NCBI GenBank assembly: GCA_977017575.1
Contig: CDRNVI010000045.1
Coordinates: 248,001-312,000, forward strand
From: Paramoeba atlantica
Taxonomy: Eukaryota; Protista; Discosea
Direction: 5' to 3'
Length of the DNA: 64,000 nucleotides
Shown here: positions 26,901 through 36,637 of the stretch, in pieces
How positions within the stretch are numbered: the first letter of the stretch is position 1
Layout: each line of letters begins with the position of its first letter
Notes under the pieces: model-generated
Databases searched by the model: none
Seen by the model: only the letters and a program-made list of their open reading frames with translations
Told to the model about the DNA's origin: nothing
Translations under genes and position numbers: made by a program

Positions 26901-27850
26901 CTGTGCCGGAGAGGGCGCAAGCGAAGTTCAGGTTTCATGATGCATATGGAGATCTCTTCCAAATGACGGTGATGCCAATGGGGCATAGGTGTGCCCCAGA
27001 AGTTATGCATACCATAACTTCGGTGTTGGCAGGCGACCCTGGTGTATGCAAACCAGAGGCTATTTTTGCGAAGAGTGGGATCGATATTTATATCGACGGG
27101 GTTCGCTTCGCGGCGAGTAAAGATGAAGCCACTGAATAAGCCAAGCGTATTGATTTGCGATGTAAGGACGCTAATGGGATGTTCAAGGAAGCTGGCTCTC
27201 CCCCGGAGGTGGAATATGTGTTCAATGGGGTGAAGTACGATCACGCAGTTCACAAGGTCAGCCTGGGGCCACGTGTTCTGGCGAAGCTGCAGCGCGACAG
27301 ATTTTCTAAAATTACGTACGCCCAATTGGAGACGGCGGTGGGGCGTCTCCTATATGCCTCAGCTGTGCTCGGGTATGTTATTCCACGCTTTCATTTTACA
27401 CTCAAACTCGCGAGACGCCGCATTAACATGTTGAATCGAAATCTCCTTCTGGCGGATAAGGCCGTACCTCTTCCAAAACCGACGCGATGTATACTAGCCA
27501 GTTGGCGTGACGAGGTACTAACGAATGTTCCGATTGAACCGCCACCGCACCCGGATGTGGTACCCCATACGCATCGACTGTATACGGACGCATCTAGCAA
27601 GGGTTGGGGGGCGGTGCTTTACCTCGATGACGGGCAGGTACAGATTACGGGGGATTCCTGGCCTATTGACTTTAAATATGAAGTCAACCATGCAGAGGGT
27701 ATGGCCGTCACCAATGCACTCAAGGATTTTATACACCACTTTGACAAGGGGACATGCATCGACTTATACATCGACAATGCATCCTGTCAGGGCGCAATCA
27801 ATCGGCGAGTCGCTAATTCAGACAACATAGCGCGCGAATTAAAGAAAGTA
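23965..27850 (+). mobile_element. VIPER/TATE-like YR element 2 (gag 24124-25162, YR about 25500-26345, RT-RNase H 26429-27850), degenerate and 3' truncated
   Basis: Gag CYKCHRPGHIRAYC; YR WKAAARW, HSIKRG, LAKH and LLRY; RT KRDL, PMGHRCAP and YIDG; RNase H YTDAS and YIDNAS. Stops and frameshifts near 24789, 25620, 25977 and 27137. Confidence 0.9.
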
Positions 27851-27871
27851 AGACGCCATAATATCCAGGAC

Positions 27872-28083
27872 GGGTGCTGGTCGGGTCGACAGAGTCTATG
27901 CTCACGCCTAGCTCGAAAGGGCTAGGTACCCCAAGTGAGGTAGTACACGGGTAGTGAATCTCCTCCACGTCGGCCAGCATCCTGTTTCGCGACCGTGTCG
28001 CTGTCGACACAGGCCCGCGCCTGCGCCCTCCCATATAACAAGGGAAGGGTTCACAAGTCAGGCCGTGGAGAGGTCGAAAGACC
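27872..28083 (+). other. GC-rich, strongly self-complementary segment (ncRNA-like), unassigned
   Basis: 12-bp stem 27872-27883/27971-27982; two GAAA tetraloop hairpins (27907-27926, 28072-28083); hairpin with an ATATAACAA loop (28026-28049). Confidence 0.4.
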
Positions 28084-28257
28084 CGGTCCGGAACGCGCGA
28101 ATGGATTGGGCGTGGATTGCTTCCTTTTTTATTATTAGTATTATCAGAATCATAAATAATTTAGGACAGCTTGAATTGCTAGTTTTGGGCTAAAACATGT
28201 GAAATTGCTAATTTGATTGCTTGTTTTAAAATCATAAAAAAAAAAGAACTCAAAAAG

Positions 28258-28395
28258 CCCAAACCCTCAAGATCCCAATGAACCTGTCACACCTACTCTC
28301 AGACAAGGAAGAGAGCAACGACATACACTCAACCCGGAGCAAGTGGCGGCTTTGCTTCGTGGGGGAGACGGCGCGGAGGTCATGACCGAGGAGGC
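28258..28395 (+). repeat. Near-identical duplicate of element 2 gag segment 24178-24315
   Basis: Direct sequence match; the left junction has AGCCC microhomology. Confidence 0.9.
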
Positions 28396-28567
28396 TAAGA
28401 TGGGTTGGTTCGCGACGTGGTGGGCATGACGCCCATTCGTAAGATACCTCAAGGGAATGTATTGCTAGGTTCAGAGCTCTATTTCAAATATTCTTTAAAG
28501 GATCTCGATTTCTACAAACAGTGTTTAATCTGGTACGACGGAGGAAAGCAGTGACTGTGATATTAGT

Positions 28568-29098
28568 TTGTCTTTACATGTTGTTATTCTTTCTTTTATG
28601 ACGGGGAATAGGATCCGTGAATTTCAATTCACAATGGAATTTAATGGGGATGTTGTGTTGCATAATGATTCTCATAACCTCTGGGAATTTTTCCATATAC
28701 ATAGGCATCAAAATCGCTTAGTTGGATTTCAGAAATTTGAGAATTCGGAACTGCTGAGACAGATTAGCCAGGCTTGTCATAAAATTGAGACTGATGCTAG
28801 AAATGTGTACTGTATTAAAGTTCGAGCTCACGAAGGAAACCCATATAATGAGAGTGCTGATTTGGTGGCAAAAAAGGCAATTGATACAGTTGATATTGGT
28901 TCATCATTTACTTATCGAGAACCCAAGGCGGTATCGAACGGTAAAAGAAAAGTTCCGAATTGTCCGGACAGAACGGTGCAAATACAGGAGAAAGTTTTAA
29001 AATCGAATAGTATTTCTAGAAAATCACCCAAAACACCTATGAAAAAAGTCGTAATTACGGAACAAAAAAGGTCCAGAGAAAAGGAAGCTGAGCTGTGA
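28568..29098 (+). pseudogene. RNase H C-terminal half (LINE-associated) plus basic tail
   Basis: VLHNDS, NSELLRQI and KVRAHEGNPYNESADLVAK match the RNase HI consensus. Confidence 0.75.
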
Positions 29099-29661
29099 AA
29101 CATTAAGGAACCTAAACTCAAGAAACTAAACAAGGCCTCTGAAGATAATTCACGTTCTGATAAGAAAATTATTTCAAAGGTTAAACTGCCACGGCATCCA
29201 CAAATTAAACGAAAAGCCAACGAAGGCAAAAGCCAATCGCAGGCAGATGAGGAAGATAAATTGTCGAACTAACAGAATTTCTCGGTTGTTGCAACGAGGG
29301 GTGGACAAGATTGATGAAACAGTATTATTATTTATTTATATTTCAATCTAAAAGGTGTGAAACGAATCGACCTAGGTTTCCTGCTTATATGCGTTAATTT
29401 ATTATATTTGTTAGTCTGTTTGTATTTGTATTTCATTTGTTGTCAAATTTGGAGGGAGGGGCATTGTTTGTAGAATTAGTTGAGTTTGTAGGTGCAAAGT
29501 TCACCGACGCATGCTAGGAAACGTGCTGCGTAGCCATTTTGATGGATTTACGGTACTTAAACAGGGCAAGTAGCCCTGCACTTAATTGGAAACGGGGGGC
29601 CAACTAGAGAGTGAAAGAGTACAAAGGCCTCAACTGATATATCAGTGTTGTTGTTGTTGTT

Positions 29662-31753
29662 ACGACCATTCCAACGATTCTTTGTAACTGAATATTCCGA
29701 GCCGACAGAGCTACTGTTCTTTGGCAAAGGTGGGAGTTTATCAGGCTCGATCTTAAGCTCTGCAGGCGTTCGTCAGGGTTCCCCTTTAGCAACACTCTAC
29801 TTCTGTGCGTTTCTGCAACCACTTCTCGAGAACATTGCTGCGGAATTCCCGAAGATTGAAGTCCATGCATTCATGGGGGCTCCATGAAACTTATAAGTAA
29901 CAAACAAATATAAGTAAATACCTATGACTAATATAATCACACTTCCAAATCGTCCCAAAATCAAAGAACACATAATACGATATATAGATAGAATTCACAT
30001 GCACAAACATAGTTCAAAAGAAAGCCTGCATAAAACAAATAATCATGTGTCACGTTGTTAACGGGATTCCCCCCCACCGGAACCCTCGGCCAACCTAACA
30101 AACAAAATAACAACCTAACAAGGATATATAAGATAATAGTAAATACCCATCCCATGTAAAATTCTGAATACAAATCATAATTCGAAGAAACTATGTGCCC
30201 CGAAGAGCCAGCAGGCAAATACATAACAGCCCCTCGGCTAAATTTCAAAACGTGGACTATTAGACATAAACTTGGTAGGGGCAGACGGCGCAGAACTCGA
30301 AAACGCATTTCTACGACTAAAGGAGCTCTTACAGGAGAAACAAATTCAAATGTCAATGCAAAAATGTGTTTGGTTCGGGGGGTCGTCAGGAATTACAATC
30401 CCAGACAGTCTACGAAGTATAGGTGTTGGTTCCGCTCCCGAAGTCACGAAAATCTTAGGAGCGTTCATCGGCGATGATGAAACGATAAGCAACAAACTGA
30501 TGAATAAACTTCAAAAACACGGCAACATTTTTCGGCGATTAAAGCGGATGAGAGCGAGCAACATTTCCCTCGCCGTGATATCCAAATGTGTCAATGTCAG
30601 GCAGCAGTACTTCATGAGAGTACACCATCCATCCACAACGGAAGCCTCTGCCCAAGAATTTGATCGGAATATTGAGGATGTGCTAAGCACTTGGTTCGGA
30701 ACGCTCAGTTCTGATCAAATCGACATTGCAAGACTCCCGATTAAGAAAGGGGGCTTAGGTCTAACAGCTTGTCACGCGACGCGCAAGGAGGCGTACAATG
30801 GCTCTAGATATTTGGTTTTCGAGCGCACAAAATCCAATTCTGCTCAGACCATTTCATCTGACAGCGAACGTACGGCCCCAATCCCACCAGACGACGAAAG
30901 CACAACGACCGCAATGTTACATCAAGGCAAATTTGAAAAATTAATCAAGCATCCTGAAATCGGACCAATATTCAAAGCGACGTCATTTAAAGGAAACTCA
31001 GATTGGCTCACGTCCAATGCTCGATATGTCTCTGCCTCGCACTACGAACTATCCATCATTGCAAGACTCGGAGTGGCGCACCCCAAATTGCCTAAGAATC
31101 TTCAATGCCCTGGCTGCCAATTGATATTCGATTCCAAGGACATAATAACTCACATCCCAGGTTGTGTGCGATGCACGGGCTTAAATGCTTCCTCCAAGCA
31201 TAATGCAATGGTACGGTTTCTCTATGATCTTTGCATTAAGGCTGGAATTCCTTGTGAAAAGGAACCTCGATCAGTGAGCACATACACCTGCCTAACCTGT
31301 AAAAGCGTTTTCGATTTTCCCAGCCAGCAATGGCATCATAAGATATGCGGCGGCAAAAATCTGCATCGTTCAGGGCCGGACTTAGTTATTTACTGGAACA
31401 CGGGGCCAATTTTCTATGACTTAACCATAATTCATGAACTCGCTGCCTCGAACCACATGCAGAAAATTCCGACTCTCATACGAAATGCTATTCAACGGAA
31501 AAATGAAGCGTATGTGCAATCCGGCATGTTCCCACATGAAAGTTTCAAATGTCTCCCCGTGCTGTCAGGAGGAGCGCTGCATGAGAACACTCGGAACTTA
31601 ATCCGAGCGCTTGCAGACGCTTCGCAGATGGAGCGCCAGGTGGCAGAGCAGTCGTTCAAGCTGAAGCTACAGGATATCAATGGAGCACAGGTGCTGAGCC
31701 ATTTGCGTCAATACTTGCAGAATGACGTCTTGGATCGAAAAATCAGTCTATAG
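29662..31753 (+). pseudogene. 3' half of a CRE-like element, split at the RT DD motif by a 387-bp insert
   Basis: GVRQGSPL...HAFM | DINLVG; then Zn-finger CPGC..H..CVRC, KH and GPDL..YD endonuclease motifs, ending at stop 31753. Confidence 0.9.
29876..30262 (-). mobile_element. Non-coding A-B mini-element derived from YR element termini
   Basis: Shares the ATGTGCCCCGAAG.GCC...AAATTTC...ACTATTA end with 52152-52641 and 63060-63252. The B-start motif is similar to those of elements 1, 3 and 4. Confidence 0.7.
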
Positions 31754-31968
31754 GCCCTGGGTTATTTTGAAGCAATTTATCTCAATTTATCATAATTTTA
31801 ATTCAAGCTTACGAAGTCGCGTAAGCTTCCAAAATATATTCTGTCCCCACAATAAGTGGGGGTAGCGCCGAACATCAAAAAAAAAAGAAAGAAAAAAGGT
31901 TCGTCTACTGGGTAAAAAAATAGAGGCAATGCCGCGTTTCATACTTCTCCCCCCTTATTCACAACAAG

Positions 31969-31980
31969 CAACAAGGTACA
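31969..31980 (-). other. SL exon 3' relic (TGTACCTTGTTG), followed by a short UTR and ATG (31942)
   Basis: 12-nt exact match to the SL 3' end. The downstream MKRGIAS resembles the MTKRGIRS start of the 53629 LINE ORF. Confidence 0.55.
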
Positions 31981-32007
31981 AGGAGCTTTGAACTGCTACA
32001 AGGAGCT

Positions 32008-32110
32008 TTGAAGGAAGTCGCGGATGCGTATCCAGAAGTCACCTTACGAGCTTATCAGGATGACGTCACAATGAGTTCCAAAAATGAAGCCTCTCTAGAA
32101 GTAGCTTTCA
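32008..32110 (+). pseudogene. Short CRE RT fragment (YQDD region)
   Basis: YPEVTLRAYQDDVTMSSKN is nearly identical to the same region of the 43442 ORF. Confidence 0.8.
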
Positions 32111-32254
32111 AACATAGGACTCTAGGAAGTGTAATTTGGCCAGTGTCTGGTGACATAAAACTTTCAAAGTTGTATTGTTATTATTTTACTAGTTCATATT
32201 CTGTTTGTTGGTAGATCTGTATTACGATTCTTTTAACATTGAGAAGAAAAAGTG

Positions 32255-32345
32255 ACCCACCCACCTCCCCGCACCGCGCGGGCGAGCCCCATCGTAAGTA
32301 ACAAGCAAGTAGAAAACGAGCAAGTACATAACTCAAGGTATTTTA
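32255..32345 (+). repeat. YR-element B-repeat fragment
   Basis: CCCACCCACCTCCCCGC..GCGCGGGCGAGCCCC.TCGTAAGTAAC matches the reverse complement of about 36170-36245. Confidence 0.75.
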
Positions 32346-32489
32346 ACAACGGAGTCAGATAGAAAAGAAGTACTATTTTGAACGAGGCGCAGTGAAGGAG
32401 ACGAGCAAAAAGCATTTGATTCTAGAACAAGATTAGTAAATACTTCTACATGTGAAACAATGTGATGAAGACGAGCAATGCAAACCTTC

Positions 32490-34022
32490 CCCTTGATGCA
32501 AAGGCCAAATTATGAGTGACACGTTGTTCGATCCCATCCTCTTCAATCGGTCAAAACTGATTTCATGCTTCGATACTTGTCCCGCTAAAAGTTCTTTCAC
32601 CATCTTCCCACAACCGATTTGGGCCCCCAAAATCTTCTTAGTATCTTTCGCATTGACGACCCCCGCCTCATGCAGGCATGATGGTATTGTTAGCTGATTT
32701 TTCCCTCCAAACCAAACTCACTTTTTGGACGCAAGTTCAATTGATTGGGTAGCCATGATTTCTTGGAGTCTCAAAAAAAAAGCCTTCTCAATTTGTTCCG
32801 GATGTGGTGAAGCCGTCGTGATGTCATCAATGTAGGCGTGAAACTCCACTTCCGGGAATTCCTCGTTTAGGGTTTCCAAGATCGGTTGCATGAATACACA
32901 GAAGTACAAAGATGCGAGAGGAGATCCCTGACGGAGTCCCGACGAGCTGGGGACGATTCCCACCAACTTTCCCTCAGAGCCGTAGTACAAGAGCTCAGAC
33001 GCCCCCGCATATTCAACCTCAAAGAACCGCTGGAAAGGACGAAGGGCGCTGAAAGCGAAAACGTGTCGGGCGATTTCTTTCCTGCAGGGCGTGTTGAAAA
33101 AATTTTTGAAATCTACCGATAGGATCGAGTATCCCTTGTCGTACCTGTCACGCAGTTTATGCACTATTCTTTCGCAACCGGCTCGGGAGAGAACTCCTTG
33201 TTGCATTGGCGTGAACATAGGGGCGAGGGTGTTTTCGTATCGTTGCATTAACACAATTCCCGCCAGTTTATTCACCGGACGGACCCCGCCATTTTCCTTG
33301 GGGATGGCAACCAACCGCGCCCGGTTCAAACGAAAGATGACTTCTTTGGCAAGGAAGCCGTTCAGAAGATCACACAACATGTGACACAAATTCAAACAAC
33401 AAACCTCGTCGTCTAACATGAGTCTTACAATGCTGTCGGTCATTCCGGTTGGCACCGGACTTACACCTTTCGCCAGGCGTTTTCCCGCACACCTTAATTC
33501 TTCCGGTGATATACCGGCGAGAACTGGGGCGTCCTCAGGGGCTGTGAAGTCGCAAGGCCGTTGGGGGTGTAGCTGTGCAAGTTTGTCCAATATCTCCTCA
33601 TCCGTCAGATCCAATGAAGTGAAGTTTTGGCCCATGACTCTGGCGCCCTTCGTCGCACAGCCTTCCAATACCAGCCGTGTCGCTTTCTTTATTGCTCGGA
33701 CATCCTGAGCCTTTGCTTCGTCCCGCTCATGGACTTCGGCCTGCTGTCGGAACGGTCGTTTTCTCTTGCTTCCCTTGTCCGCTCGTCTTATTGTGGATAG
33801 AGAAAGCTTCATCGCTGAAAGTAGGCGATGCCAAATTCGATTGCGCTGCGGATGCTCGGAGCTAATGTAATCGTGTACTATATCGCGCAGTGTGGCCAAA
33901 ACGCATGGAATAAAATCGGGGCTCACTGATCGCATTGTCGGAATCGGCAGGTGATCAACTCCTTCCGCGGAGTATGTGCGTTCTGGGATTTGATTGTTTT
34001 CCATGAAGGCGTCGCGTAGCAC
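32490..34022 (-). pseudogene. CRE-like RT region fragment
   Basis: SPDFIPCVLATLRDIV, ARLVAIPKENGGVRP, VDFKNFFNTP, GLRQGSPL and YIDD. Confidence 0.9.
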
Positions 34023-34801
34023 GATATCATCAATTGGCGGAGGTGCTTGATGCTTAAAAGTTCGTTAGAACGTTCTAACGAATAGGACGGCATTGCTTCA
34101 TATTCCGGATGTCACGATGTCACGATATCATCAATTGGCGGAGGTGCTTGATGCTTAAAAGTTCGTTAGAACGTTCTAACGAATAGGACGGCATTGCTTC
34201 ATATTCCGGATGTGTACAATGCACAGGCCTTAACGCGACCACGAAGCACAATGCGTTGGTAAAGTACTTGTTCGAACTAAGCAGCAAAGCCGGCATTCCA
34301 TGCGAGAGGGAGCCAAGGGCATTTAGCACTTGGAAATGTGGAAGATGCAGTCAGAAAGTAGACCCAGAGAGCAGAGCCCTACACGGAAAGTTATGTCCCG
34401 GTCGACAGCTCTACCGTTCTGGGCCGGACCTTGTCGTGTACTGGAACACGGGGGAGATTTTCTACGATCTTTCCGTGGTACACGAGTTAGCGGCTAGCAA
34501 TCAACAGAAATCTTGCACAACACTGTGAAGGACGTGATTAAGCGCAAGAACGAGACCTACGTTGCTTCCGGAATGATACCCGAATCGGCTTTTCAATGTC
34601 TCCCGGTTCTCTCGTGCGACTCCTTGCACCAAAGCACGAGATTTCTCTTGCATGCGTTGGCCGATGCTGCGAGGCTAGACCGAATTAGGGTGGAACGAAA
34701 TGGACTTTAAGTTGTTATTGCAGGATTTAAATGGAAGCGAAATATACGCTCAGTTGCGCCAATATTTGGCCGATCGTGACACTCAAGTCATTAGTCTCTA
34801 G
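34020..34801 (+). pseudogene. CRE-like C-terminal fragment (Zn finger and endonuclease) with a 93-bp tandem duplication at its 5' junction
   Basis: GCVQCTGLNATTKH, GPDLVVYW and FYDL; 34020-34112 is repeated at 34121-34213. Confidence 0.85.
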
Positions 34802-36637
34802 AATCTAGTGAAATTTATATCATAGACATGTAGTAGTAGTAGTAGTAGTATATTTCAGAGCCGTTTGTCTCCGAAGAGATATGGCTCCCTAGTTCCAGCC
34901 TAGGTGCGCTGTGCGGATGTTGATGCTCGAAGCATCTGTGCAAAAACAAAGAAAAAGATAAAAAGAAAAATTCCGAAAGATATATATATATATTTAGAAC
35001 GCTTCCGTTTTCGGAAAACTACTAACTCATCGTCTATTCCCATGGCCGAAGGTCAGCCACCCTCTCCAAGAGATGTGATCCAGCAGTTGGGGGATAATAC
35101 CAGAATGATGCAGCGTATGGAGGAACTCATGGCGTCAACGAAGATTGATCAAGAGCGCATCGGTATGCTGGAAGCTACGGTGGAGCGGCAATCCGCGCAA
35201 ATTCGGGAAGCTCTGGGGATGGCAGCAAAGGGTGTGTCGGCGCCGGGCGGGTATGATCCTGCGGCCCATGACCTCCCCCACGAAAAGCTTTTCCGCCCAA
35301 AAGAATGGGAATACCGACATTTCTGCAGTGATCTATACCGGGACAATTTATTTGGACGATTGGAGCATGAAATTCGTAAACAATTTGGAAACTCAAAAGA
35401 TCCTGGTGCGGTTGCGGGGGATGAAATAAGTTTGAGAGAAAGCCTCGACACGATCTCGAAACACCTCCAAGATTGCGGGTTGCACGCGCGAGCAGGAAGT
35501 CCGTTTTCGATGGTTTCAGTGGAGCCCGCGTTTGAGAATTTGCACTATCTTCGTTACAAACATAAGTTTGGTCGAGAATACGGCCGCTATTGGAAAGAAA
35601 CTGCGCGGAGCGCCCCGATGGACGATCAATATACCCAGGCGCACGAGGCGACCATGTCGTATTACCAAAATATGTCAATCGCGCAAGGAGCCGCTATGAA
35701 CGCAAAAAACGGAGGAGGGAGCGGGTACGGAGAGCGTTTTCGAGGACCTTTCCGAGGCATAGGGCGCGCCCGGCGTCCTATGTCCTACTCACCCGGCGTC
35801 GCACAACAAGACGCTACATACCTAGGGTGGGTACGATCAAGGTCCCGCGGATGACACTACCCGGTGCCAACAAAACAAGGCACAAAATAACTAGGGTAAC
35901 GGTCACCCAGACATCGCAGCGTGAGAATGACACCGCCCGGTACCGGATATAATTGGGCCTTGACAACACGTTGAATCCTCCTTGACAAGCCGTCTCTGGG
36001 TAACACATATTAATTAATCCATTGTTTAATAAACAACTTAGTAGCTGTATTGTTGTCATCTATTATGTGTGTATCGTCTAATATTCCGTCGCGGTTTGCC
36101 ATTCGGCTTATTCTAGTAGTAGAACGTAATTTTGTATGGTCTCAAAAGTGCATCTAAATATTTATCTTATGTACTTGCTAGATCTTTACTTGCTGTTACT
36201 TACGACGGGGCTCGCCCGCGCGGAGCGGGGAGGTGGGTGGGCCACTTTTATTCGTGCGAAATACAAATAAGAAAAGTCTGTCTAATTTTGCAAATAATAT
36301 CATGCCGTAGTTCACGAATAAGTCCTTCATGTTTTCCTTAATTCCTGACACTAGTACAAAGGCCCAATTACATTTCCAAGAGTTTTATAATTGGGCCTTG
36401 ACAACACGTTGAATCCTCCTTGACAAGCCGTCTCTGGGTAACACATATTAATTAATCCATTGTTTAATAAACAACTTAGTAGCTGTATTGTTGTCATCTA
36501 TTATGTGTGTATCGTCTAATATTCCGTCGCGGTTTACCATTCGGCTTATTCTAGTAGTAGAACGTAATTTTGTATGGTCTCAAAAGTGCATCTAAATATT
36601 TATCTTATGTACTTGCTAGATCTTTACTTGCTGTTAC

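Noticed and set aside
1452-27139. Stop-codon reassignment (TGA or TAG at conserved Trp positions 1452 and 20948)
   Set aside because: Intact ORFs use TGG for Trp and end at TAA, TAG or TGA; the affected copies also carry frameshifts or other stops.
35773-35952. CRISPR-like repeat-spacer reading of the hairpin modules
   Set aside because: The variable segments base-pair with neighbouring modules, the repeats are degenerate, and the unit lies in a TSD-flanked eukaryotic retroposon.
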